From assembly GCF_009914755.1 (NCBI RefSeq), contig NC_060939.1: a stretch of 64,000 nt of DNA; one strand, written 5' to 3'. The translations under genes were made by a program, and so were the position numbers. Position 1 is the stretch's first letter. The number at the start of each line of letters is the position of its first letter. The DNA comes from the human T2T-CHM13v2.0 reference genome, Homo sapiens. The notes beneath the pieces were generated by a model, which worked only from the letters and a program-made list of their open reading frames with translations, was not told where the DNA came from and did no database searches. Shown piece by piece: positions 53,243 through 64,000 of this stretch.

Positions 53243-54725
53243 CTGCCCCTCTGAAATAGTCACTGCTGGCTTCCCTAGCTGAGGACACTGGGCACAAAGG
53301 CTGGGCCTCTGGATTGCAAGTCTGTGCTTGCAGCCTGAGGCCCGCTCTAAGGGAAGGCAGATGGCCTGCCTCTCCTTTCTGCAAAACCCCCTGCCACCTG
53401 CTGCGTGCTGCCAGCCTGACTCACTGACTCCAGCTACCTCTGGGCCTCTGGCCCTTCTAGGATGGGCTTGTTTTCCAGGAAAGGGTTTGGAGATTAAGAT
53501 AAGCCAGCTGCCTCCAGTGAAAGGCCCTGCTGCCTTGGAAAGGGCCGGGAAGGCTGCCATTCCAGCTCCTTGGTTTGCTCGCTTCTCTCCGTGGCTGGGG
53601 CTGCCTCGCCTTTCATCCGTCCCTGCCTATCGTTGGGCATGAATAATGAGGCTCTTTGGAGACAGGCATAGGACTCCCTGCAGAGCGAGGGATTTGTAAA
53701 ATGGGTGCCCAAGCTCCCTCTGGGGCTCCGGCTCCCTCATGTCTCTGTCTGTTCTTCCTGGGGAAGCTGCTGCTTGTATTTAGATAATGAAGAACTAGAA
53801 AACAGACCTGGCCTCCTTTCAACCTGCCGCTTCCTCCAGCCTGGGTAGGATCCAAAGCTCTGGCCTTCCTAAGCAGTGCTTGTTCCTGACTTACACATGG
53901 ATGGTTTTCTAAACTAAGTTCATTTTCTGAAGCAGAGAATGAATAACTCACTCTACTACCTCCTCCCCTTCATGGCAAAATTTTTTCTTTTGTCTGTATT
54001 TTCACGGCTGCTGGATTCTAAAATCAAGGTGCAAGTTGCTTTGGGGCTTACTAAAGTCCCGTGGCCTTCCCAGGCCCTGTGGAAAGGTTAGATGCACCCC
54101 AGATAACCAGGGTTGGTTATTCCCTGTGAGAGAGTCAGAGGGGTGCAGGCTGGAAGCATAGCGCTCCTCCACCCCTGCGCTGGTCATCATGTGGAGCGTG
54201 TGCTTTCTAAGAAGTGCCAGCCTGTGTCCAGAGCCTGCTGGGCAGATGTTAAGCCAGCTGTGGACTTAGTCACAGTGACTCTGCTACCAACAACAGCAAC
54301 ATGGACATTTAGGGAGGAGCAAATGAGAGGAAGGAAGAAATAGGCAAGATAACAAGGCTTGACATCTGATCTCTGGGCATTTCCAATGGAGGGATTTGGT
54401 TTGTTTATGTTTCCACCACCAAGAATTAACAGTGGTTAACAGCTGTTCATATCTGTCTGCTTTACATTTTTAAATAAACATTACAGATAAAATTGAAGTT
54501 CTCTTTTTGTCCCTCACTCCCTGCCAAAGGCAACCACTATTCTCAAATCTGCTGGGTATTCTATTCAATTTTATTTTTACGTGTATGCATCCATGAACAC
54601 CATGTAGTATGTTTTGTGTGTTTTAAAATGTCATATACATCTCAGCGTCTTGTATATAGTACTCTGACTTTTACATTCAAAATTACGTTTTTTTGAGGCC
54701 TATGTTGATGTAGATTATTTAGTCA

Positions 54726-55245
54726 TTTGTTTTTCTTTTTAATCACTTTATTGCTTGAGTACATAGACAAATTTATGCAACCAGGGCGAAGCTGTAGATG
54801 GTTCATATTTCCAGCTGGGAGGGAGGACTCGCTTGGTTTTATAATATCGAACCAGACGGTGAATCCGGCTCTCTATCAGAATCAGAAGGAATTTAGCATC
54901 CTTGTCTTTTCTGCTCCTCTCAAGATGCTTTTGAACAGCGACTGCTTTCTTAATTAAATGGTAGAGATCTTCAAGGAGATCAGGAGCAAGTCCCTTAGAC
55001 TTAAGAATTCTTATGCCTGTCACAAAACGCACTTTTGCAGCACCATGTCAGTCTCTCAGGATCACACCGATTTGTGGAGGAGTCAGGCCCTTCTTGGTCA
55101 GTTTGTAAATCTGCTCCTTCACATTGTCAGATGTCAACTTCAGCCAAGTGGGGACGCTGTGGTGATAGAGCAAAGCCGACTGGGGCAGGCCCTTCCCGGG
55201 CACATGAATGTGACCTGTGACGGCGGCAGTCAGGCAGTGAAAGGC
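54726..55245 (-). pseudogene. RPS13: Processed pseudogene of ribosomal protein S13 (uS15)
   Basis: Minus-strand translation ...[72 protein letters not shown] is RPS13-like. It has no introns and keeps the pyrimidine leader (CCTTTC), the 3'UTR with AATAAA (54747-54752) and an A-rich tail. Disablements against the recalled parent: ATG changed to ACA, an in-frame TGA, a 9-nt deletion and a frameshift near the end. The symbol given is the parent gene. Confidence 0.95.
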
Positions 55246-55474
55246 TGTTTTTATTTTTTTATGGTCATTTTTTTGGCAAATTAAGTGTTGAATGTTGAGT
55301 TTTTTAAATACCGATTGCTTTATATGCCATCCGCTTCAAAAGGAGTTGAGTTCTGCTTCAGGCATGACATGGTAGCTGGTATCAAACTGAACTCTTCCTC
55401 TGGGGACAACTAGAAAAGGTGGGCAAAAATTTCTTAAAAGCAGTTGTTTGAAGACCTGGAAGAACAACCAAGAC

Positions 55475-55582
55475 ACTCTGATGTGGAATTGGCCATTGTT
55501 CTTCCCTGGCTGCTGTTGCTATGGGTCATGGTGCTCGCAGCCCTCCTTGGATGGTCGGATGGGTGAGAGGGGTGCTCACACA
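55475..55582 (+). repeat. 108-bp local direct duplication, copy 1
   Basis: 7 mismatches and no gaps against 56781-56888. Confidence 0.95.
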
Positions 55583-56253
55583 AATGCCCTGCAGTTTTTT
55601 AAAACAAAAGATCACCCCCTTCAGTTAGAAACTGAAGGTCGCTGTAGTGGAATCCAGACAGCAGAGTCTTTGGGTACGGGGAAGGCTGGCAGGGGGACAC
55701 TGTGGAGCAGAGCCAGGGCAGGCCAGGCTGGGAGCTATATTGTAGGGTGCTCAAATTCTACCAAGATTCTAAAATATCTCAAGTGTAATTAGGGGTGCAT
55801 TGTTTAAAAAATAGTCTAAAGGAAGTCAGTACCTTAGTAGCCACACCGGGGAGTGGTAAGACCCCAAGGGCTGACCTGACCAATGGCACAGTGACTGAAC
55901 TGCACTGTAAGGAGAGGACCCAGGCAGGTAGTGTCAGGGTGAGGTTTGGTTGAGCTGGGATGTCCAAGTTTGGGACCAGAGCTGACCAGGCCTAAACAGT
56001 AAAAGAGGAACACCAAAAACTGCCCCGGAGGACTTCGTTCTCCATTTTCACCCCAGAGTACTGTTTTCCCTTGTCCTTCCAGTATGGAGAATAAATACTA
56101 AAGAATATTGATTGGAAAGAACACTGAATTCTTGGCCTGTTTTGGGGGTGGCATTTTCAGCTTTCCTTGGGTGGCCACATGTCTAGTTTCAGGCTCACAA
56201 AGACCAAGGTCTCACCAGCTCTGTCCCCTGTGGAATGGTGGTGGCATCTTCTG

Positions 56254-56756
56254 TGTGATGGTGAATTTTAGATGTCAACTTGACTGGGCTAAGGGATGCC
56301 CAGATAGCTGGTAAAACATGAATTCTGGGTATGTCTGTGAGGGTGTTTCCAGAAGGGGTTAGCCTCTGAATCGGCAGAACGAGTAAAGCAGATGGCCCTC
56401 CCCACTGTGAGCAGGCTCTGTCCAATCTGCTGAGGGCCCTCACTGAACAAAAAGGTGGGGGAATAGAGGATTCATTCTCTACTTAAGCTGAGACATCCGT
56501 CTTCTCCCACTCTGACATCAGCGCTCCTTGCTCTCCAGCCTTCAGACTCTGAATGGGACTTAGGCAATCACTGCTACCCGCCCCCCCACACCCCCATTCT
56601 TAGGCCTTTGGGCTTGGACTCAATTACAGCTTGCAGGTGGAAAATCATGAGACTTCTCTGCCTCTAACTGCATGAGCCGATTCCTATAATAAATCTCTCT
56701 CTCTCCACACACACACACCCACTGGTTCTATCCTTTGAGGATCCTTGATTAATACA
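56254..56756 (+). mobile_element. MLT2 (ERVL) solo LTR
   Basis: tgtgatggtgaattttagatgtcaacttgactgggctaagggatgcccagatagctggtaaaac...aataaatctc...taataca. Confidence 0.9.
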
Positions 56757-56780
56757 CTCATTCATCCCTTGAAACGCCCA

Positions 56781-56888
56781 ACTCTGTTGTGGAATTGACC
56801 ATTGTTCTTCCCTGGCTGCTGTCGCTATGGGTCATGGTGCTCGCAGTCCTCTTTGGATGGTTGGATGGGTGAGAGGGGTGCTCGCACA
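56781..56888 (+). repeat. 108-bp local direct duplication, copy 2
   Basis: Matches 55475-55582 at 101 of 108 positions. Confidence 0.95.
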
Positions 56889-57653
56889 TCCCTGGGCTAA
56901 CTGGGGTAGTTGCCTTGTTCATTTTGCTATATCCCATTTGGACCCTTTATGATTGGAGTGTGAACTACATTTAGCAAACTTTTAAGTTCAACCCAGGAGC
57001 TGGAATCCTTACATCCTGGGAGTAGCTCTTCGAACACTTTGGAACTAGAGGCATGCATGGTGGTGGGTGTTCTTAGGTACGCGTTTCCTAGATGGATGGT
57101 CCTGAAATGGTATGACACCTCAACTTGCCAAGAGGCCTCCCGTGTGTTCCTGCTTGGCAGGGGGTGAGATTGAAAAGATTCATTACTTCCTTTACATATT
57201 TATTTTTCTATATAGAATAAGGTAACTGTGTTACCACAAATTTGGAAAATAACCCCACCATACTGATGCAACCATTATTAGCATTTTGGCTCATTTCTTT
57301 CCAGTCTTTTTTTCCTACACAGTTTTTAAAGCATAGGTACAACTGCAGTGTTTATATGATTTGTATATGCTTTTTTTGTCACTTAACATTATAGATATTA
57401 GATAATCTTGATCACTTTTTAAAAATGCTTTTTAAAAATACACTTAAAAATCACATCACATTGAGTGAATTCTGTCATCAGTTAACTATAATACTATTTG
57501 TATATTAACAAATGTGTAGGATTTGGAATTCTGCCTTCCTACATCAAATACTGTTATATCTGTAGCTTTTTCATCTTTCAAATAATTTGCTTTGGCTAGA
57601 TGACCAGAAAGAGAAGAGGAAAGACAACATCTTTAAGTCTCTATAAAAGTTCC

Positions 57654-58022
57654 TAATGTGGTTTGGCTCTGTGATCCAAACTTTATGTTGAATTGTAATT
57701 CTCAATGTTGGGGGAGGCACCTGGTGGGAGGCGACTGGATTATGAGGGCAGATTCCCTCCATGCTGTTCTCGTGATAGATCATTCTCACGAGATCTGATG
57801 GTTTAAAAGTGTGTGGCACTTCTCCCCTCTTTCTCTCTCCTGTTGCCATGTGAAGATGTGCTTGCTTCACCTTTGCCTTCCACCATGACTGCAAGTTTTC
57901 TGAGGCTTCCCAGTCATGCTTCCTGTACAGCCTGCAGAACTGTGAGTCAGTTAAACCTCCTTCTTCATAAATTACACAGTCTCAGGTAGTTCTTTGTAGC
58001 AGTGTGAGAACGGACTAATACA
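57654..58022 (+). mobile_element. MST (MSTA/B-like) MaLR solo LTR
   Basis: taatgtggtttggctctgtg...gaacggactaataca; perfect TSD GTTCC. Confidence 0.92.
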
Positions 58023-59817
58023 GTTCCCAAGTTGCTTTTCAGAAGGGTTTACTAGTTTGTACAGACCCAAGAAATTACAAATGTGGCAGTTTCTCCCTTT
58101 CTCTCTCCCCTCAGCTTTGATTATTAACATTTCTTCCCGAATAATAGACTAATCTTTCTTTCATCAGGGCAGTCTTTTTATATTGTTAGTGAAGTTTCTT
58201 TTAGAAATTGTCGTTTTGTGAGTCTTTTTAATTTTTTATTTATTGTCTAGTGTGGTTTTTGAGTAGCACATAAAATAAATGCAGATAGTACAGGAGGGTA
58301 AAACAATGAAAAGTGAGTCTTCCATCCTTGGCGCTCATTTCTCCAGGCTCTACTCAGAGGCAGTCACTGTTTCTAGTTTATTTTGTTTCTTCTGCTGCTT
58401 GTACATTTTTCTCGGGGACTCCTGGATCCCTCGCCCTCTGGCTTCCCACTGCTTTTCTGGTTCTCTTTAAAGGGCACCCTACCCCCAGCTGGATTGTCAG
58501 GCTCAGTGCATCTCTCTTCCCTAACAGGTCCACAGTGGTCAAAACTCTAAACATATGAACACTTATTGGGGAAGGTAGTGAGGATGGGAGCCAGTGGGGG
58601 ATGTGGCCTGGGAGGGAAATATTGCCAGATCTCATCTTCCTGAGATGGCAACAGGAGATTTGGACCAAAGGCTCTGGGTCTGTTGGGGGGATGGGGGGAA
58701 CAGCATTTTCAACCAGGTGTTAGTAGTGGCTGCAGAAATGCAGTTTTCTGGGATCTCAGGTGGGCTCTTTAAAGAAGAGACTGATGGGTGATGATGGAAG
58801 CCTTCACAGTCCTGATGTAATAGCCGAGGTGGACAGCAGGGGGAGCTGTTGGACGCTTCTGGCCCAAATGTGGCACAGGAGTAGATTAGTGGCTCCTGTA
58901 ATCCAGGGCCCCACCCATCAGTGGTGAAGTCCCAAAGAGGACTTTGGACAAAACGAAGCTTTGCCTTCCCAGTGTTGCCCAGGTGATCTGGTGTTCCTAT
59001 GTTACTCTTAGGTGAACTGTTGCAATATTCGCATTGCAACAAATTGAATTCCAACATTTATTGTGAACTGCTATTTTGTGAGAGACCTATGTTATTCATG
59101 CATACCTTTCAAAGGGCAGTCACTATGCACCTAGTCTGCACTGGCTTATGCTGAGATGAGTAAGGCTCAGTTCTGGACCCAACGGGATCAGAAATGTCCA
59201 CCGAGCACTAAAAAAACAAGGGATGGAATTTAAAGCACTATAAAAGAGGTATAGATGAAGTGTGGCGGAGGTTCATGATGGGAACGGCTGTCATTGGATG
59301 GAGCAATCAGGGCAGAATTCATAGAGGAAATGGCATTCGAAAGGGCTTTAAAATGGGCTTGAAAATTTAGAACTGTTTATTATGAAATTTTAATCTCCTA
59401 GAAGGGTGCATCTTTGGTGGAAAAAACAGAGGGAACACGGGGATGAAAGCTGGGCTCAGAGGATCAGCCAGTTGCATTAAAATCTTGAGTAAATGAAGTG
59501 GAGAATTACTGGAGGTGAGACTGGAAAACACGTTTGGATCCATATTTTTGGAGAACCTTGAATACCACTCTTAGTAACAAGGAAGCAGTAGCTGCTTATA
59601 ATCAGGAGATTCTGGATAAAAAACAGAGGAGTTGGGGTTTATGCCTTCTTGTCATTTCTGAGAAGACGAGTAATTTTTTTAAAATAGCCAGTGAAATTAG
59701 TTCCTATAAAAGATGTGATCCTTGATCATCAATAAGGACAATCGACTTCTCCCAATGGAGAAATCTGATGATCCATTTCACACATCCCTGGGTGCAAATT
59801 ACTACCTAGTCTACACT

Positions 59818-59962
59818 AGTGTTTCTCAAACTTCAGTGTACATCAGAATAACCTTGAGGGCTTGTGAAAACATAGACTGCTGGCCCCACTCCCAGAGTTT
59901 CTAGGGCAGCCAAGAATTTGATGCCAATGCTGCTGGTCTGGGGACCACACTGAGAACCTCTG
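59818..59962. mobile_element. MER5A DNA transposon
   Basis: agtgtttctcaaactt...catcagaataacc...tgctgctggtctggggaccacactgagaacctctg. Confidence 0.75.
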
Positions 59963-60629
59963 GGTTTAAACATCCTACCTGACCTTTCTCAGTATATCCA
60001 CTGGGTGGCAGCAGAGAGCATCACAGGCACTGCACAGTGGTCAAACCTGGAAAGCCCGGGCAGAGGCTGGGGAGGACTATTTCTGTGTATTCAATGTAGG
60101 TTATTTTTGCTGCCAAATGACAATACAAACCATCCACAATATCAGGCTCTTCAAAATTCAAGGATGCGTTGTATAAGAGAATGATTGGTGACTTGGATCT
60201 TGTTCCTTTTCCAGGATGTCATCACCACCAGACCCAGTCGAGACATCCTCTCTCTACCAGGCGCCCCCAACAAGTCCTTCCTTCAAAAAGAGAATAGTTT
60301 TTAATAACTTTCAAGGTCACCTGCAAAAGGGTTTCTGTTTGAGTAATGTAATGACTGTAAAGCTGGCAAAAAACTGTATCGCCAGCTGATAGCTTGAGTC
60401 AAACTGGAAAATTACGAGCAAATTTTTCCATGAACCAAGAGGAAGTGTCCAGTCATTGTTGAGAGCAGGTTCATAGCTGTGTACGAGCTCTAGGAGATGG
60501 GGAGGCCCGTGCAGACCTACTTCCTTCAAGAAGGGAAGACAAAAGAAACACGTTTTGAGTTTGGGTTTTTAGATGGTTGGGAAGTTTATGTTATAGGATT
60601 TTTTTTTGAGGGGGGGGTTTGTTTGTTGA

Positions 60630-60967
<338 letters not shown>

Positions 60968-62972
60968 CTGAGAGTTATTTTCTACTAACCAATGATGTAC
61001 TGCTAGATTTTGGAATAAAAGGTTCTATGTGTGTGGGGAGGGGAGGAAGGAGCAGAATCAAAAAGCCCTGAGCAATGATAGGATGGATTAGAGTTTGGAA
61101 AGGGAAACGTGGGGTCCAGAACACACTGGTTAGGCTGTGGCAAGGGGGTCCTCTTGACATCCTCTAACCAGATCTCACAGCACACTTCCTGCCATGTCGC
61201 AGCAGAGACCAGCCCTCACCAGACCCGGTGCTGACATTAACCAGGTGCTGCCCTGAGCGAGATGGCGTCCTGCCACGCCTGCTCCGTCATCTGGGAGATG
61301 CCTTGTCAGCAGCTCCAAGGCCTCCTGTGGGAAGGCATGAACGTGTGTCCTCACGTCCCTGCTTCCCTTATTACCCAGCGGTGGAAGTTCATCCCCCACT
61401 CTCCTATCTTCCTGAATTCATCCCATCCTTTGTTGGCCCTGTGTGTGGTTTCTTCCTGTACTCTCTTTTGTGGATTTTTGTAGAATTTCAGAAGTGATTG
61501 TGATATTAGATGTGATCATCTCTGCTCTGCCTGCTGCTGGGGATGTGTGGCACTGACCCACTCTCCCCATTTTCCTCATTGTGGCTCTATAGTCAAAAAG
61601 GCTCTTAGGCCCCTTCTAAGTTCTTTCTTCTCCAGGCTAACATCCTTTTCTTCTTTAAGTCCATTTTTAACATTGGTTGTGAGTTAACTCCTGACCTCTC
61701 CCCCTCTGTCTAGTCCATGCTGGTCACTCCCTCCTTGCTCTAAAAGTGAAGGTGCTGGTGGGAGCAGGACCTTCTGGCTATCCCCAGGCAGGCCCGTGCC
61801 TCCCTCGAGGCTTTGACATTGTGATGTGTGTGTCTCTTCACACCAGGGTGGGAGCCCCTTGAGGGAAAGAACCACGCCTTTCTCTCTCGGGAGAAAGCCC
61901 CTGTCAGACAGCAGGCATTTGAAATTAAACAGAACATTATAATTCTGGGTCCTAACCTTTATAAATGCAAGGCAAGACTAGATTATGTTAGCGGATTTGT
62001 CAATATTCATTTGGTTCAGTCTTATTGCACAGATAGGCAATTAAAGCATTTTAAATGGGCTGTGCTTAAGTGTGGTCCCCCTCTCATGTACTCCTATAGC
62101 AGGCTTTAAAACACTGCATTGCCCTTAAAGATCTGCTTCTTGGATTTGGGCTGTTGAGCTCTTTTCCTTCTTCCACATCATTCCCTCAACTTCTCAAGAA
62201 GTTGTCAACTTGAGATGCTGACACATTCTGCAAGTGCACAGGGACACAGCCCTAAGAGTGATCAGCTACCCCCAGTGCCCATCAGTGGTTCAGTGAAGGA
62301 CGGCATCCCTGCTTGGAATTTGACCATTCAGTCTGCCGGTTACCAAAACCATGTTCATGCTTTAGTGTAAAGGTTTAGCATCAAGGTTACGTCCCAGTTG
62401 ATGCTTCAAATCCAAACTTCCCCCTTCCCTGGGCTCCTGTGGTCTTTTGTTCTCTTGCAGCGCTTCCGGACTGTGGTTAGCTGATTATAGTTATTTTTTC
62501 CTACATCATTAGGTGGTGAGCTTCTCCGGGACAAAGTCTGTCTCATTATTCATCTTTGTTTGTAGCAGGTGCCTGACAAATACTGATAGAATTAAAATAA
62601 CTTTTGTTTGTCTCACATTTTGATAAATGAACAGGGCTATATTTACCTGAACGTTTATGATTTCATACATGGACAGCATATTTCCTCTTGGGCTTTTCTC
62701 TTCCTAGACTGGATAGATTTAATGATTTTAGTTTTATGTCACAGGACAACCCTCCACCTGGAAGAACTGAAGTTCTATTAAGTTTAGGGGTTTCTGGCTA
62801 ATTTGTAAATTGTTGAGAAAGAATCCACCTTGTTCTGGTCAAAAGGTGACAAATATAGTTAACTTCAACAAAGGGCAGAGAGTCAACTATTGTTTCTGCC
62901 AATGATTACTTTTGTTATATGCTTGAGATCAGATACTAGTCATTTGTATCCCAGTTAACTTAATATAGATAG

Positions 62973-63400
<428 letters not shown>

Positions 63401-63849
63401 CACTTTACCTAATTCTTATAGGCAATATTTTCTTTGGTACTTGGGACTTTTTTTAAAGAATAGTATCCTCAAATTGGAATTAGTGTGTCAAATAATATGA
63501 ATGCTTTTCTGATTCAATTGGATTTTTAATTTTTATACTTACTCAAATAATTTATACTGACTGTTGAAAAATAGATAAGCAATTAATAATAAAGAAAGTC
63601 CCCCTTGCTTTCACTATTTAAACTACTATAAATATTTTTATGTATATTTGTGTACACTTTTTTCTTTACATGGATGTTTATTTCACAAAATGTGGAATCT
63701 TACTGTTTATGCTATTACATAGCTTATTTTTTTAAATTATTGTGAATTTTTTCAGCTATAAAAAGATATTTTCTCAAAAAAAATTTTTTTTCAAAAGAAT
63801 ATATTTTTTCAACACAGTTTTAATAATTGCACTGTATTCCATGGAATAA

Positions 63850-64000
63850 TAATACTAATAGTTAACATTTGTTTTGTAATTTCTATATGCTATGCAATAT
63901 TCTATTTGTTTTATATACCTAAGCTCATTTAATCATCACAATAACCCTGTGAGATAGGTACTATTACTCTATTTTAGCAAAAAAAATTATGCATAGAAAT
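63850..64000 (-). mobile_element. MIR SINE
   Basis: ctcatttaatcatcacaataaccctgtgagataggtactattactctatttt. Confidence 0.75.

Noticed and set aside
54748-55032. 94-aa RPS13-like ORF as a functional gene
   Set aside because: No true ATG, an upstream in-frame stop, a 9-nt deletion, a frameshift near the end and no introns; it is a processed pseudogene.

Overview
Primate, almost certainly human, genomic DNA containing the 3' part of CGNL1 (cingulin-like 1 / paracingulin / JACOP; human chr15q21.3) on the + strand. Bases 1-15627 are the distal part of a large intron. Eleven coding exons follow (15628-46326), all with AG/GT boundaries. They splice into one 1506-nt open frame of 501 aa plus TGA: a myosin-tail-like coiled coil and an acidic tail ending ...DSTVASQI. 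A ~3.2-kb 3'UTR ends after AATAAA at 49531. The last ~14 kb is intergenic and holds a degraded, antisense RPS13 processed pseudogene. The rest is ordinary mammalian repeat content: Alu, L1, L2, MIR, THE1/MST/MLT LTRs (several with intact target-site duplications, TSDs), hAT DNA transposons and microsatellites. I see no new gene system. The best second-look items are: intron positions that appear shared with the non-muscle myosin II tail; a duplicate 5' splice site inside the 84-nt exon, created by a Val codon; an Alu layout that could circularise all-phase-0 exons into a stop-free circle; a TEAD/AP-1/octamer/CArG motif cluster; and a 108-bp local duplication downstream of the gene. Exon numbers, residue numbers, repeat subfamilies and comparisons with other genes come from memory and were not searched.
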